NCBI GenBank assembly: GCA_020137815.1
Contig: CM035353.1
Location: 7,254,001-7,318,000 of the forward strand
Direction of reading: 5' to 3'
DNA from: Hormiphora californensis
Lineage: Eukaryota > Animalia > Ctenophora
DNA length: 64,000 nt
The notes beneath the pieces were generated by a model. That model saw only the letters and a list, made by a program, of their open reading frames with translations. It did not search any database and was not told the origin of the DNA. The position numbers were made by a program, and so were the translations under genes. Shown one piece after another: positions 11,324 to 25,107 of this stretch (position 1 is the first letter of the stretch; the number at the start of each line of letters is the position of its first letter).

Positions 11324-12077
11324 TATTCGGGTTGGCCACGAAAAACCAAAATCCACGACAAAAAATTACCGCGCGGCTCAAGAAATTGGATTTTTGCAGC
11401 GTTTAAACTATTTTGTGTTCGCGCGTTACATTTAATTGCGACTTTTTTTGCGCACGCGATATTTTTAACCATCACTTCAAAAAAAAATTTCCCTTTCAAG
11501 TCGCAATTTTTTAGAAATTCTTTATAAATTGTCGGAAATGTTCTGATCTGTACCACGTGACCGGTTTCAACCAATCCAGGGGCGAACACAGAAGAAAGCC
11601 TGGGTTTAGTGGGTCCGGGACCAACTTTTTTGGCGAAGGAAGAGAGAAGGTAGAGAAGAAAATGTCCAAAAATGAAAAATGGCTTGAATGAATAAGCATA
11701 AAAAATTGGAATAATAATGTTCCAGTTCTGTGGCATGTGGAATTGAGCTGGTCACGATAGTGGGTTGTGTAGTATTCTCCTCGATCTTCTATACCTTGTA
11801 CTTCATTCCTTTGCAAGTTGCAACTGATTATTGGTGGACAGTGGACTCTACATAGCGATGATTAAAGATAATCTTTTAGGCCAACACCATCAACTCTTCT
11901 TCCGCCCAAATTGTCATTTCCATCATCACACTTCTGATTTTTTGAAGTTGGCACCCCCTCCCCCACTTCTCGTGCGCTCGTTTTTGGCGTGCTTATCACA
12001 ACAGATCGGGAGGGAATGGGGGAGAGACCTGGTGAGGGTCAGTAATTTACCTCACACCACTACTTCTATTTAGCGGA

Positions 12078-15000
12078 ATGCCCCTTTTTGGGATCTCCCA
12101 GTTTGATAAGCTCCTGTCCAAGGCGACTGATGAACAAGTGAAGGAGCCCGACTGGACGGGGATAATGGCAATGTGTGATCTAATCCGGCAACAGGAAGTC
12201 ACACCTAACATTGCCATTGGTTCAATCAGGAAAAACCTTTTCCATCGGAACTCACAGGGTAGGGAAATCGTGTTTCTTCATTTTCGTCTTTCTTTCTCTC
12301 TCTTTCTTTCTCTCTTTATTCTCTTTCTTTCTCTCTCCCTCTACCCTTCTCTACATTTCACAGTTGTGTTAAATAATTTGCTTGTGCTGGAGTGTATCGT
12401 TAAGAACTGTGGACAGCCCATGCACGAGGAGGTTACCCAGTATGAATTCCTCGAGGACCTGAAGGACTTAGTTCGGGTAGGATTAACAAACCTTCCTGGG
12501 TTAAATGTAATTTATTCCTGACGGTATTATGTTATCAAATTCCCAAGTTAGTTAAGCGAGAATCTAGAGCGAATGAAGGTTTATCATATATAATCCACTC
12601 CCTAGACGGGTTACGTGACTGTTCGAGTAAAGGTGCTGGCTCTCATTGCCAGTTGGTATGAAGTGTTCAAGAACGAGCCAAAGTATTCAGGGATTAAAGA
12701 AATCTATGACACGCTCAAAGGGGACGGGTTCCTGTTTCCTGAACTCAACAACTCTGAGGACCTGTTTGACGCGACCAGGGTAAGAGTAGAACACATGGCA
12801 CATTATAATATGTACGATCATTTAAATGTGTACGTGATATATAATGTGTAATATTGATACAAATTTCCTCAATTTAGCAAACACTTCCACAATATACAGT
12901 GTAGTGTCAGCCTCGTTTGTTCCAACTTGTTTTTTAGGTTTCCAGCTTCATTCGCCCTTTACAGTAATAGAGTTTACACAACTAATTACACTAATCACAC
13001 TAATTATTACACTAATTACACTAAATACACTAATTATTATTGACAGGCACCAGAGTGGGAAGACGGTCGGTTTTGTCATCTTTGCAGAATGGCCTTCACC
13101 ATGACCAAACGGAAACATCACTGCCGAAACTGCGGTCAGATATTCTGTGCGGAGTGCACAACTGACAGGGTACCACTGCCCCATTTTGGAATTGAGAAAG
13201 AGGTAAATTCAAGAGAGACACGATATATTATGTATCAAATATATTCACTATATTAATATGATATATCTGTTACTTATATCATGCAGGTTACTCATTTGAT
13301 ATTTATTGCATACTATTTTCACAGGTACGGGTTTGCAGTATCTGTGCCGGGAAATTATCTGCAAAACAGAAGGCTGGGGGCTCTGCTGCTGCTGCTGCAA
13401 CTGGAGGAGCGTCTACCAGCTCTGTAGATTCCTTGACTGCTCGACAACCGGCATCAAATCCGGAGGTAAGGAAAGGTCTCTTAGTTTCTCTAGAATATAC
13501 GTATATAATATTACACAACACCGGCAGTGTGCATCGTTTAAATAATACAACGAATTTGCAGCCAGTTCGCTAAAAGTACATTACTCTGGAATACTGTAGA
13601 TTGTCGGGTGTGTATCAATAGAGAAGATCTGATTTAATGTGGACTTTTTGTAACCTTAAATTCCCATTAGATTGAAGCAGAAGAAAAGAGAAAACAACTT
13701 GAGTTAAAGGAAAAAGAAGACATTGATCTAGCCATTGCTCTATCTCTTTCTGAAGCCTCTTCGGTAAATATATTCTCTGCTATAACATCCATTTATAAAT
13801 CAACTATCTAACTGTAAAACTATACATCTCCAACTATCTTATGCTCCTTTCTCGGAACGCGTTCGTCTAGTCATCGCGCGTCGCGGGCCGCCCCGCCAGC
13901 CCTCCAAACCCGGGTGAACAAGCGAACAATAGTGAAATTACATGCGATATACTACATGACTAGACGAACGCGTTCCGAAAATGCAGCATTAAACTCTTAA
14001 AAATTCTACATCGCATCTCCATTCTACAACTATTTAAATTCTAAATCTAAAATTCTACATTTTGTTGTCATCGTAACACACCATGACAACCAGCAACTAA
14101 CACAACAAATATCAGTCAGGTAAGGGCCGACCTGAGCCGACTGTGCAGGCAGTACCGGTACCACGTGAATCTGCCCCTACTGTTGAATATGCAGAGGTCG
14201 AGAGGACTCCTACTAGTACTTCCTACTACCCTGACCTCTCAGCTGCCGCACCGCAGGTATGATACCGAGTCCACGGCGTGCCTGGTGAAATTTTAACACG
14301 ACCTAGCATGCGACGGGAAACCACCACTTGTACGTGGTAGCTGAGGGTCTACAGAATGGCGCTACGGTGCGGGAAAAAACATTCCATTCCCTAAAATCGT
14401 TTTTTTTACTTTTATTTGATTTGGGTCAAAATTGGCTATATTAAACGTGGTCCCGAAAAATCCATAATGACTTAGCACACGAAATATGTCACCCCCACCT
14501 ATTTTTGCACGTAGAATCGATTGCCGTTGAAGTCGAATCTCTAAAATGACTGTGAAATGGTCAAAAGTTGATTTTTTACCATTTTTTGGAGGTTTTTGGC
14601 CCCTAAACCATTGAAAACGTTGAGATAGGAATTTGAAACTAGTGCCAATCGTTAAAATGGTCATTTTTCTACCAAGAACCAAGTTTTCGTGTATATCCGA
14701 TTTATGGTTAGATTTGGGTAAATTGTTGAAATCTGCCAACTAGGAGAACCGTAACTTGATTTTCTTGTTTTTTGGATTTTGGCATTTTTGACAAACTTCT
14801 GATTGAAATGGTCAATCGGGACCATGCTTAAGTTGTTTATGGGACAATTTTCGACTAAAATCCAAGATTTCATACCAATCCAATAACAGATCGTTGATTT
14901 ATAGAAAATTTAAGTAGGCAAAACGGTCAAAATAAGCAAGAAAAGTTGTCATTTTGACCGTTTTGCCTACTTAAATTTTCTATAAATCAACGATCTGGAT

Positions 15001-15894
15001 TGGTATGAAATCTTGGATTTTAGTCGAAAATTGTCCCATAAACAACTTAAGCATGGTCCCGATTGACCATTACAATCAGAAGTTTGTCAAAAATGCCAAA
15101 ATCCAAAAAACAAGAAAATCAAGTTACGGTTCTCCTAGTTGGCAGATTTCAACAATTTACCCAAATCTAACCATAAATCGGATATACACGAAAACTTGGT
15201 TCTTGGTAGAAAAATGACCATTTTAACGATTGGCACTAGTTTCAAATTCCTATCTCAACGTTTTCAATGGTTTAGGGGCCAAAAACCTCCAAAAAATGGT
15301 AAAAAATCAACTTTTGACCATTTTACAGTCATTTTAGAGATTCGACTTCAACGGCAATCGATTCTACGTGCAAAAATAGGTGGGGGTGACATATTTCGTG
15401 TGCTAAGTCATTATGGATTTTTCGGGACCACGTTTAATATAGCCAATTTTGACCCAAATCAAATAAAAGTAAAAAAAACGATTTTAGGGAATGGAATGTT
15501 TTTTCCCGCACCGTAGCGCCATTCTGTAGACCCTCAGCTACCACGTACAAGTGGTGGTTTCCCGTCGCATGCTAGGTCGTGTTAAAATTTCACCAGGCAC
15601 GCCGTGAGTCGTACACCGGTTTGCCGGGCAGTATATGGCTTCCGAGTATCCTAATGTAGATGAAAACAGACAAGACAGAGACCAGATATATATTGATGTA
15701 GACCCCCTCCCCTCTCAGCCCGTTACCAATGGCCTCTACCCGAGTTTCCAGCAACCCACAACTACCACTGCAGCAGCAGTACCTGATAACAACAACTCTT
15801 TTGCACGGGCCTATAATGGTCCTCAAGCTAGTACAGCTGTTAACAATGGATTACCACAACAGCAGGTAAGAGAGAGATAGAGAGATGGAGAGGA

Positions 15895-15989
<95 letters not shown>

Positions 15990-18900
15990 TAGGAATAGAG
16001 ATAGGCCAAGTCTGTGTATATTGTTGCAGATGTGTTTGTTTTCTTCAGTACACACTACACACGCCTGTAAGCAGGTCATGTACTCAATGCTCACACTGTA
16101 CAAAGTAAAGTGATAATACACGTGATCCTTACATTGACTCATTATAAAATTTGGTTTGTACCACATGTTCATTGCTACGTATCCCAGGTACAGGCAGCAA
16201 CAGAAGAGCCAGCACACCACGCACAACAGATTAAGGATCTAACTGAGATGCTAATGAGGAAACTTAACCAGGCCGCGATGAAGGGTAATTAAGGGGTGAT
16301 TAATTAACTAATTAAAGGGTGATTAATTAACTGATTAAGGGGAATTAATTAACTAATTAAAAGGGGTCATTATAAGTGAATAACAATGTTCAACTCCGTT
16401 TTCAGGTCAACACGTTGGTACGGATCCACACATCCAGACACTACTGGCATCACTAACTACCCTTCACCCAAAGCTAGTTTCGGATATTGAGGAAACTGAA
16501 CGTGAGTCTTGTCCCATGGGAGGTTGACCCACAATATAGTTCTTCCCTTTACATTGGACGTACAACTGATCCCTGGGAGGGGGTTTGGGTGGTTTATCAC
16601 TTTGACACCACCCCCCCCCCCCCCCATGTCACCCCATTCCCTGAATGTATAGGTTTAACAACTATTCACCCCTCTATATACAGAGATCTAAGAGTGATAT
16701 ATTATAACCCGTGGTGTGATTTCAGGTAAGATGAAAACTCAGAAAGCCATCCTTGATAAGATAGCGACGTGTCGTCAGGCCAGGGAGAGTCTCAATAAGA
16801 TGAGGGAGGAGCACCTTCAGAAGGTAGAGAGAGAGAGTTAACATAATGAGTGTCTGATAACATGTTAATATACCATGTTAACATGTACGTTAGGGTTATC
16901 TATTTGCGCAACGAAAGTCATACTGGAATGTTCGGGCGTCCAGCATGATGACCAGGGGACTTAAGGGGTTCAGAGAATCACTTGCGCGTAGGCAGCAACC
17001 CTGTGGGCGAGCCGTACGGGCCGATAGTTAATAATAGTTTTTTAAAGTTAATAAAAGTTATAAAAAGTTAAAAATGCGTGGCACCCTGAAAAGCCGAAAA
17101 AAATCAACTTTTTCAGGGTTCCGCGCATTTTTAACTATTTATAACTTTTATTAACTTTTAAAAACTTTAAAAAACTATTATTAACTATCGGCCCGTACGG
17201 CTCGCCCACAGGGTTGCTGCCTGCGCGCATATGATTCTCTGAATCCATTTAGACCCCCGGTCCTCATGCTGGACGCCCGAAGTCTCGAAAAGCCAATTCC
17301 AAAGATCGATAACCCTAATGTACGTTATCATCATGTTAACACATACATTGGATGAATCATGTCAGATTTTGTTAGCTCTGAATGCTGTAGAGTTTATCGA
17401 TAAATTTGACTGCCATTTCTGGAATTTCACAGGTCTCCTTTTATAGGTCCGGCTCACATCTCTCCTTTTATAGGTCCGGCAGCAAGAAGAAGAACAAAGT
17501 ATTTTGATGAAACTGCAGATGGAACAAAAGTTGGAGCTCCTAAGACAACAAAAGTTGGAGCAACTGAAGTACCAGGTACAATTTACATCAAACCTCGATT
17601 TACCGGACTTGATTTACCCGGACGGAAAATTTTCCCCCCATTATTGGTATTTTTGATACGTTTTTCACCTTTGAATAATTTCGAATCTCCTTATTTTCCT
17701 CTTTATACACCCCTTCATTGTCCTAACAATACCTATCACAGGAGGAATTAAAAAGGCGCCATGAGCAGGCTCTACACCACAAGGAGTTGGCCTACCCAGC
17801 ACAACCTGTATACCAGCCACCTGCAGGGGTTCCTGTGAGTAACCAACCCGCTCCTCAACCAAGAATGACAGTACCCCAGTACCAAATGCAACAGGTGGTG
17901 GTCCAATGCAGGCAGGAGGTGGTCCAATGCAGCAAGGTCCGGTAGGGGGCAGTGCTGAGCAAGGCCCGGGTGTGGTTATGTCTACTCACGTTACGCCAAC
18001 ACCCGCCCCAGTTTCGCAGGTGAGGCTCTGACTCTAATATCACACACAATGCCGCTATGTATGAAACAGGAAACTGAATTTATCGGCCGGGAATGCTCTT
18101 GTTATTAGCTTTAAGTATTAGAAAGCTCATCAAAATAAAATGTATTATACCGCGTGGGCCAATAAAAAGGGAGGGTCTTAAATCTTAGATTTCTCCAGCA
18201 CCTTAATTCCAATGGTTCTGAAATTTTTACACAATGTTGTTGAGCTTATGCCAGATATGTGTACAGAGTTTCAAGTCCAAAAATGCAGAAATTCATTAAT
18301 GAACCTAAATTCCTTTTTTTATAGTTAATCGAAGATTTTCCCTTGTTCCAAGTCGATTTGGATCGCAAAATTGCAGCCACTCAATAGTATTAACATTTAT
18401 CAATGGCAATCTGAAATTTCATTGAAAATGAATAAAGTTTAGTGGGTGAAATTAATGAATTAAAAATGGTAATTTTTTCAAAAAACATATTTTCGCTGAA
18501 AATGAGAGATTTGCACTGTAGAGATGAAATTAAAACCTAGCTGGGTTATGCTTTAATCATTTAAGTTCATTCTGGTATGAAAAACTGTTTAATTTAAAAA
18601 AAAATTATTTTTCTTAAATTTCCGATTTTTTTAAAATTTTTTTAATTTTTTCGTTAATAACTGCATTAATTAACATTAAACCGATAGTTCATTAACAAAC
18701 CGTTAGTTGAGACATTAGTAAATCGAAACCTTGCTAATGGAAGCTTACCATTGCCTATACTGATTGGTAACAACAAGCGTCATGTGACCTCCATGTAAGC
18801 AAGAAAAAACGTAATCAGGATGTGACAAAATCATGTTAGCAAGATTGCAATAGGTTTCGAATTTCCTTTGTTGTACCCAGTATCACATATCCGGTGTGGA

Positions 18901-19972
18901 GTGCAAAAGAAGTCCCTAAAAACGAAAAATACCGAATAGAGAAAACCTACATTGGCCTAAAAACATGAATTTAGGTTCATTAATGAATTTTTTCATTTTT
19001 GGACTTGAAACTCTGTACACATATCTGGCATAAGCTCAACAACATTGTGTCAAAATTTCAGAACCATTGGAATTAAGGTGCTGGAGAAATCTAAGATTTA
19101 AGACCCTCCCTTTTTATTGGCCCACGCGGTATATATCCTTCTCTTCCTCCAGCAGGGTCCACAACCAGCGTACTACCAGCCGGTACCTCCTGGCTACAAC
19201 ATGCCGCCCCCTAACATGCAGCAGCCCCCTAACATGCAGCAGCCCCCTAACATGCCCCCACAATACTACGGAGCGCCACAACACTATCATGGGGGACCCT
19301 ACAGGGGATACTATCCTCCCCACCCTGGCCAGCAACAACCCCCTCCTCAACATCCTAATATGGGTGGTCAGCAACAACCCCCTCCTCAACATCCTAATAT
19401 GGGTGGTCAGCAACAACCCCCTCCTCAACATCCTAATATGGGTGGTCAGCAACCACCCCCTCCTCAACATCCTAATATGGGTGGTCAGCAACCACCCCCT
19501 CAACAACAACATCCTAATATGGGTGGTCAACAGCAACCCCCTCCTCAACAACATCCTAATATGGGTGGTCAACAGCAACCCCCTCAACAGATGGGTGCTG
19601 GCCCACAACAACCACCGCCACATACTATGCAGGTCAGTGCGTATTAATAGTTAATACCATATATATTGGTGTTGGTTTCTATTATATTTGATGACTCTCA
19701 ATATCTAACAATATCTAGTAGTTTCTGGTGCCCCTCCAGCCCCCCCCCCCCCCCCCCGTAGTTTATGTTGGTTACAATTACCCCCCCCCCCCCCTCAGGA
19801 GCCAGTCCAGCCTCCTGTCCAACCCCCTCCTGCTAGTAGTGGTGCCCCGCTCACTCAAGATGCTATGTTGGCGGCAATCAATACAGCTCCAGCACCCCCT
19901 ACTGAGCGCCTCCCTACCCCTGAGCAACGTACCCGCGGTGAACCCGCTGTGGCTGACCTTATCTCTTTCTAG
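12078..19972 (+). CDS. HGS: hepatocyte growth factor-regulated tyrosine kinase substrate (Hrs/Vps27, ESCRT-0), multi-exon
   Basis: VHS domain (FDKLLSKATDE...PDWTGIMAMCDLIRQ; LECIVKNCG); FYVE exon 13047-13202 (WED..CHLC...RKHHCRNCGQIFC..C); UIM (EKEDIDLAIALSLSEA, ~13671-13763); coiled coil (MEQKLELLRQQKLEQLKYQ); Q/P-rich tail; terminal clathrin-box-like ADLISF-stop. Confidence 0.93.
13842..13988. mobile_element. small intronic MITE
   Basis: TCGGAACGCGTTCGTCTAGTCAT inverted at ~13956-13978; flanked by TTA on both sides. Confidence 0.7.
14272..15606. mobile_element. 1.3-kb near-perfect foldback, Chapaev(CMC)-like non-autonomous element, in an HGS intron
   Basis: Termini CACGG...CCGTG, 4-bp TSD AGTC (14268-14271, 15607-15610), ~660-bp arms, ~19-nt loop near 14933-14951. 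Confidence 0.9.
15870..15985. repeat. (GA)n microsatellite just after an HGS donor site
   Basis: Directly visible. Confidence 0.95.
16891..17317. mobile_element. hAT-type palindromic MITE in an HGS intron
   Basis: TIR TAGGGTTATC/GATAACCCTA, 8-bp TSD ATGTACGT, long internal inverted arms. Confidence 0.88.
18148..19131. mobile_element. Tc1/mariner-type non-autonomous element with ~165-bp TIRs in an HGS intron
   Basis: TACCGCGTGGGCCAATAAAAAGGGAGGG... inverted at the right end; TA TSD. Confidence 0.88.
19330..19600 (+). repeat. coding 39-bp tandem repeat (QQQPPPQHPNMGG, about 6 copies) in HGS
   Basis: Seen directly in the sequence and in ORF 19117-19647. Confidence 0.9.
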
Positions 19973-20450
19973 AGCAATATTGTCTCCTTCTAGAGATATG
20001 ACTCCTTCTAGATGTATACTGGGACATTGGGATATTGATGTAGATATATATGTGTAGTGTATGTGATTAGAAGTCTGTTTAAATCTTTGAAAGGTGATTG
20101 ATATTTCCTGATATATTGCTAGAGCCTGGGATTTTTTTTCGTAATTTCTTTTTAAAATGACAAGGTAAAGTTGGTGTGAATTTCCAATTTTGAGTGTACC
20201 AAACTTAAATATTTCAGTGTTTCATTGTCTTACCATGTTTTGCATCTTCCCTTCTTTCGTCACGTATACACAAGTGAGATCCTGTCTCAAATCTTTCTAG
20301 ATTATCAAACATGATAATCTAAACACAAATCACAATCTCCTAACATTATCTCTCCTAACATAGAATTCTCTCCACCCTATTATAATCTCTCATGTTCTTC
20401 TAACCGGTTCTAACACAATCTAACATTTTCTCTCTGACAGAGTCCTCAAG

Positions 20451-23400
20451 ATGGAACAGATATCTCGAAAATGTCCAAATTGCGGGGAGGCAGGTCACTC
20501 CACGATGGACTGTCCCAAACTAACAGGTGGACCCACCCAGACCATCACATCAAACTACAGTCCCCACAAGGCCGCTAAACGGAGGTCCAGCGAGGGTCTA
20601 ATCAGTGGAAATCTCAGGAAACGGCTCCGAAACGAGCAGTCAGGCTCCGAACTACAACGGAGACACAATTCTGACTCACGTATAACAGTGAAACTGGGCA
20701 GTATGTCAAATAGTTATCTGAGGGGTGAGGGGAAGAAGACGGGTGGTGTGACATCATCAACATCATCACGGAGACTCCCTGCTAACATGTCCGGTATTAA
20801 AATCAGGACTACCAATACCAGGAGAAGGTCGTCAGGTGACCAGAGAAGACGTCATGATAGTTCTGATGATAGTAGCAGGGAGGACGACCATGTGAGAAGG
20901 GGTGGGAGCCCTCCTCTTAGAGTCAAGGTAGACTACCACCGAGCGAACCGGCACAAGATGCTGGACTCGGGCCCCAATGTGAAGCTGTCCCTCAGGCCGC
21001 AGGGTGATCTCCGTCGTGAGATGAGATCGAAACCTCTTGATCCCGCCCTAGTACCTAACTACCGGGCTGATGATCTCAGGTTCACCATACCTCACAGACG
21101 GAGAAGACGGAAGGGTAGTGCTGAGCGGCACCACAGTAGTGGTGGGGAGGGTGAGGGTGACAATGAGGAAGATGATGATGAAGATGAGGAGGATAGTGAG
21201 CTGAAAGAGGAGGGAGAGGAACTAACTGGGGTATCAGACATCAAGAAAACCAAAATGGGTTCTGTCATCAGGTTTGATAGTACTGACGAAGAAGAGGAGG
21301 AAAAGGAGGAGGAGGTTAAACCGGTGGAGAAGAGTAGTGAAAAGGATGAAAAGGAAGAGACCCAATCATCTTCAGAAGAAGAGGAGGAGGGAGATGTTAA
21401 AAAAGATAGCTCCTCTTCCTCCAGTTCCTCTGGGAGCAGTGGGGAGGAGGAATCCGAAGAGGAGGAGGGGAAAAAGGTTGATTTGAGAGATAAGTATGAT
21501 GATACAGCTATTGTAAAGCGACCCCTACCCACCTCAGATCCTACTCCCCCTCCTACAGCAGCAGCAGCCCAACCTCAATCACCTGCTAAATCACCAGATC
21601 GGAAACGAAGCAGGAAAACTAAAAAGCCGTCCTCTTCGCCAAAGAAGGCCCCCTCCCCTCCCCCTCCGGCTGAAAGCAGTTCAGAGGAAGAAGAAAAGAA
21701 GAAGAAACCAGATGAAAAGAGTAGGAAGAAGAAGAAGTCTGGTTTGAGTGTGCTGCTCCGACCACGAACCAAGGAGGAAGAAGAGAAGGAAGATGAGAGG
21801 TCAGATGATGGGGAGGAATCAAGGGATCACACCGGACAACTAGCTGCCATTCAGAAACAAATCTTGGAAAAACAGGAGAAAATTGTGCCCAAATTTCCCT
21901 TCAAAACACGCTCAAAACCAAATAATTTCCCGGAATCTAGAGTACCATTTATCGACTCGCACTGCCACATTGATTACATGTTTGTGAGGGATCATCATTA
22001 CTCTTCATTCGCTGATTATGTCTCCCGAAATGAATACCCCCGAAACTTCTCGGGTTGTGTGGCGAACTTCTGTGATCCCATTGCGTGGGACTCTGATAGA
22101 ATGTATCCTGATATCATAGAAGAGGAGGGAGTTTGGGGCGCTTTTGGTCCTGCACCCTCATAACGCACCGCAGTGGTGCAAGTCCATTCAGAAAAACCTC
22201 GTTAGGGCTGTGTCACACCCAAAATGTGTGGCATGGGGCGAGATGGGATTGGATTACGGGCAGAAGGGAATACACGAGATGGACCCCGATGTTATTGTCG
22301 CACAAAAGGAGGCATTTCAGAGACCAGATGAAGTTAGCGTTAAAAATGGAAAAACCGTTTGTTATCCACGGGAGAGGCGCTGAAAATGATGCCTTTGAGA
22401 TGATGAAGGTAGCGAATACAGTTTCTTTGATTGCCTGTCTTTTGCTCCTTTTTCTCAAATCTTCATCACTGTTCATGAGACTTAGCCCTTGACTCAAGGG
22501 CCTTGACTCCTCCCTAAGCCCCCCCCCCCCCCCCCCCCGACTCCTCCCTAGCCCTTTATCCCCATCTCCCCTCTTCTCTCCACGATCCCCCTCCCTCGTC
22601 TCCAACCCCTCTGTCCCCCACATAATACATGTGGCACGTATATCCACCATCCCCCTCTGCCATTCACTCCTCTAACAACTCCCCCTCTCTCCCGCCCCCG
22701 CCCCACATATATCCACATTCCACCACCTCCCCCTCTTCCATTCACTCTTCTAACAACTCTCTCCTCTAGGAGTTGGCACCTCGGGATCACAAGATACACT
22801 TCCATTGTTACACAGGAAGCTGGAACATCGCCAGAAAGATGCTGGACCACTTTGATAATCTTTTCCTTGGAGTGACAGGTAATTAATTAAATTAAATTAT
22901 TGATCTACCGAACTACCGGCTTTTAGTTTCGGGTTTTTTTGGCCGAATTTCTGTTGAATAAACAATTATTGACACGCCATTATGAATGATATTATCTCTA
23001 AAGATAACTACAATAATAGCAGCTGTTCATCTCATGGAGGTCATATATGAAGTTGAATGAGTTTTCTAAAAAAGGAGGTTGATACATCAACGATGTAGTA
23101 AAATGTCCGCACAAAAACTAGCGGACATTGTATTTGGTTGTGATGCAAGTGGTCATTGTTTCGCGCGCGCCTGGAGCTGCACCTCTCGATCTTGCAAGCG
23201 CGCATGAGACGGAAGCGATTGACACTGTCAGTGACAGTGTCCTCCAGCATCGGATTGACTTTATTTATTCATTCCCTCCCTTATTCATTTTATTGTTATT
23301 GGTGTAGAATCGAGTTTCAATGGCCCAGCATCACCAACTAACATTCAACACTTTTTCAGGTTTGGTTACATTTGGTACGGCGTCAAATGTTAGAGAAGTT

Positions 23401-23610
23401 GCTCGAAAGTGCCGACTAGATCGCATCTTGATAGAAACAGACGCACCTTACATGAAGCCTACGAATGCAAGCCATATGAATGACTCTAAAAACAATTCGC
23501 CAGCCATGGCCGTTTGGATAGCTCAAAAAGTGGCAGAGATTAGACATATGGAGTTAGATGAGGTTCTGACTCAGGTCAGACAGAATGTGAAAGCGATGTA
23601 TGGAATTTAG
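20451..23610 (+). CDS. TATDN2: TatD-family nuclease, TATDN2-like, with N-terminal CCHC zinc knuckle
   Basis: CPNCGEAGHSTMDC; long RS/acidic region; FIDSHCHID, GCVANFCDP, VAWGEMGLDY, KPFVIHGR, IHFHCYTG (exon ~22770-22878), ILIETDAPY (exon ~23360-23610). Two 1-bp frameshifts near 22150 and 22320. Confidence 0.82.
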
Positions 23611-24119
23611 TCAACTTGATATGATTATGTCAATATGTGATAGAGACAGTATAGACTATCTGCAATCAGTGTTGAACGTAATCTGCAGTGTAATCTGCAG
23701 TGAGAGGGGGGGAGAGAGAGAGAGGGAGAGAGAGGGAAAAAAGAAGAGATATTCAGGTTTCTGCGGACGCTTACTTTTCTCCGCTACTGCTTTTTCAAGA
23801 GTTTTTTAACAAAGACCATTTTGTCAGTTGACCAAATTTATCCAAATCTGATATGATGCGTTTAGAACTTTGTCTAAAATGTGAAAGTGAAAGTATTTCT
23901 TGACCCAAGAACCATCTTAACTTTCACTTTCGTATTCGGAACCTTGTTATATTTTCCGGCTTGTGGGTCAGGATATTGTTCTAGCTTGCAGGGCTAGCGT
24001 GTTATACATATGATATCATCATATGTTAGACAATGCAAAAACAAGGAAATAGCTGTGCCAACTCTCACATGATGTGGTAACACAAACTATAAATATGTCT
24101 CAATCCTCTTTTATATCAT

Positions 24120-24201
24120 GCGGACGTGGCCGAGTGGTTAAGGCGATTGACTAGAAATCAATTGGGCTCTGCCCGCGTAGGTTCGAATCCTACCGTTCGC
24201 G
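24120..24201 (+). tRNA. tRNA-Ser (anticodon AGA)
   Basis: Acceptor stem GCGGACG/CGTTCGC, D-arm TGGCCGAGTGGTTAAGGC, anticodon arm ATTGA-CTAGAAA-TCAAT, long variable arm, T-loop GGTTCGAATCC, discriminator G. Confidence 0.95.
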
Positions 24202-24591
24202 ACGGAAATACTTTTTGTTTCCACCTTTACATTTTTTTCAAAGGTGTAAACTTGAGTTGCCCGACTAGACGTTGTGGGTAAACCTTGTCTCCGAATTTTG
24301 TGCTCCAAGCACGGGTGTGATAGGATTGGTGACATAGACACCTGGCGCGACCCCCTGATCAAGTTGCCATGCTACGCAGTCTGTCTGTTCGGCACTTTAA
24401 GCGCTTCGGGCTCGCGTAATTTAAGCTCACACCGGGCGGAAGGCCGGCCGGTGTGAGAGCTGACAGGCAAGGAACATGCCAATATCTCAGTATCAGAGAG
24501 AGTGAGTAATGAGTTTATTACCTCCAAAGAACACATTCACCAAGTACAAGACGTTGGCGACGTTCAGACGTGTTTTTAGACACACGATAAA

Positions 24592-24929
24592 AATTAAGAA
24601 TTAAAAATTGACGTTTTTGGCCATAACTTAGCCATTTCTTGGCCAAATTGCTTTTTCTTGGGCTCGTTGGAAAGAGGACATCGAGCTCGTCGCAAGCAGC
24701 TCAAGAAATTTGAAATCGGTCCGAAAATAGCGAAGTTTCAGCGCAAAATTAAAAGCACGTTTTTGAAACGCATATTTTCCGCTAAAATTACGCCATTTTT
24801 GGACCGATTTCAAATTGCTTGAGCTGATTGGAACGAACTCGATGCCCTCTTTCCAACGAGCCCAAGAAGAAGCAATTTGGCCAAAAAATGGGTGTTATGA
24901 CCAAAAACATCCATTTTTGATTTTTAATT
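24592..24929. mobile_element. palindromic MITE
   Basis: Imperfect arms, e.g. TTGGCCAAATTGCTT.TTCTTGGGCTCGTTGGAAAGAGG vs CCTCTTTCCAACGAGCCCAAGAAGAAGCAATTTGGCCAA. Confidence 0.8.
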
Positions 24930-25044
24930 TCTAGAGAGTTTTAAACTTTATAGTTACTAACTAAGTTAGGGTTAGACCAATACTTTGACAGTTATTTCTC
25001 TCTTTTATCTAAAATATATTTTGTCTGTCAGTTGCGCCTTTTTT

Positions 25045-25075
25045 GTCGTTAACTTCGGTAGTGCACATGTACTGT

Positions 25076-25107
<32 letters not shown>

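Noticed and set aside
14362-15516. Identical 125-aa and near-identical 70-aa ORFs on opposite strands
   Set aside because: They are mirror images produced by the foldback arms and show no protein motif.
24936-24975. GAGTTTTAAACTTT resembling the start of a ctenophore spliced leader, close to the U6 fragment
   Set aside because: Only ~14 nt of similarity, from memory. No TTTGAG-GT donor or Sm site follows.
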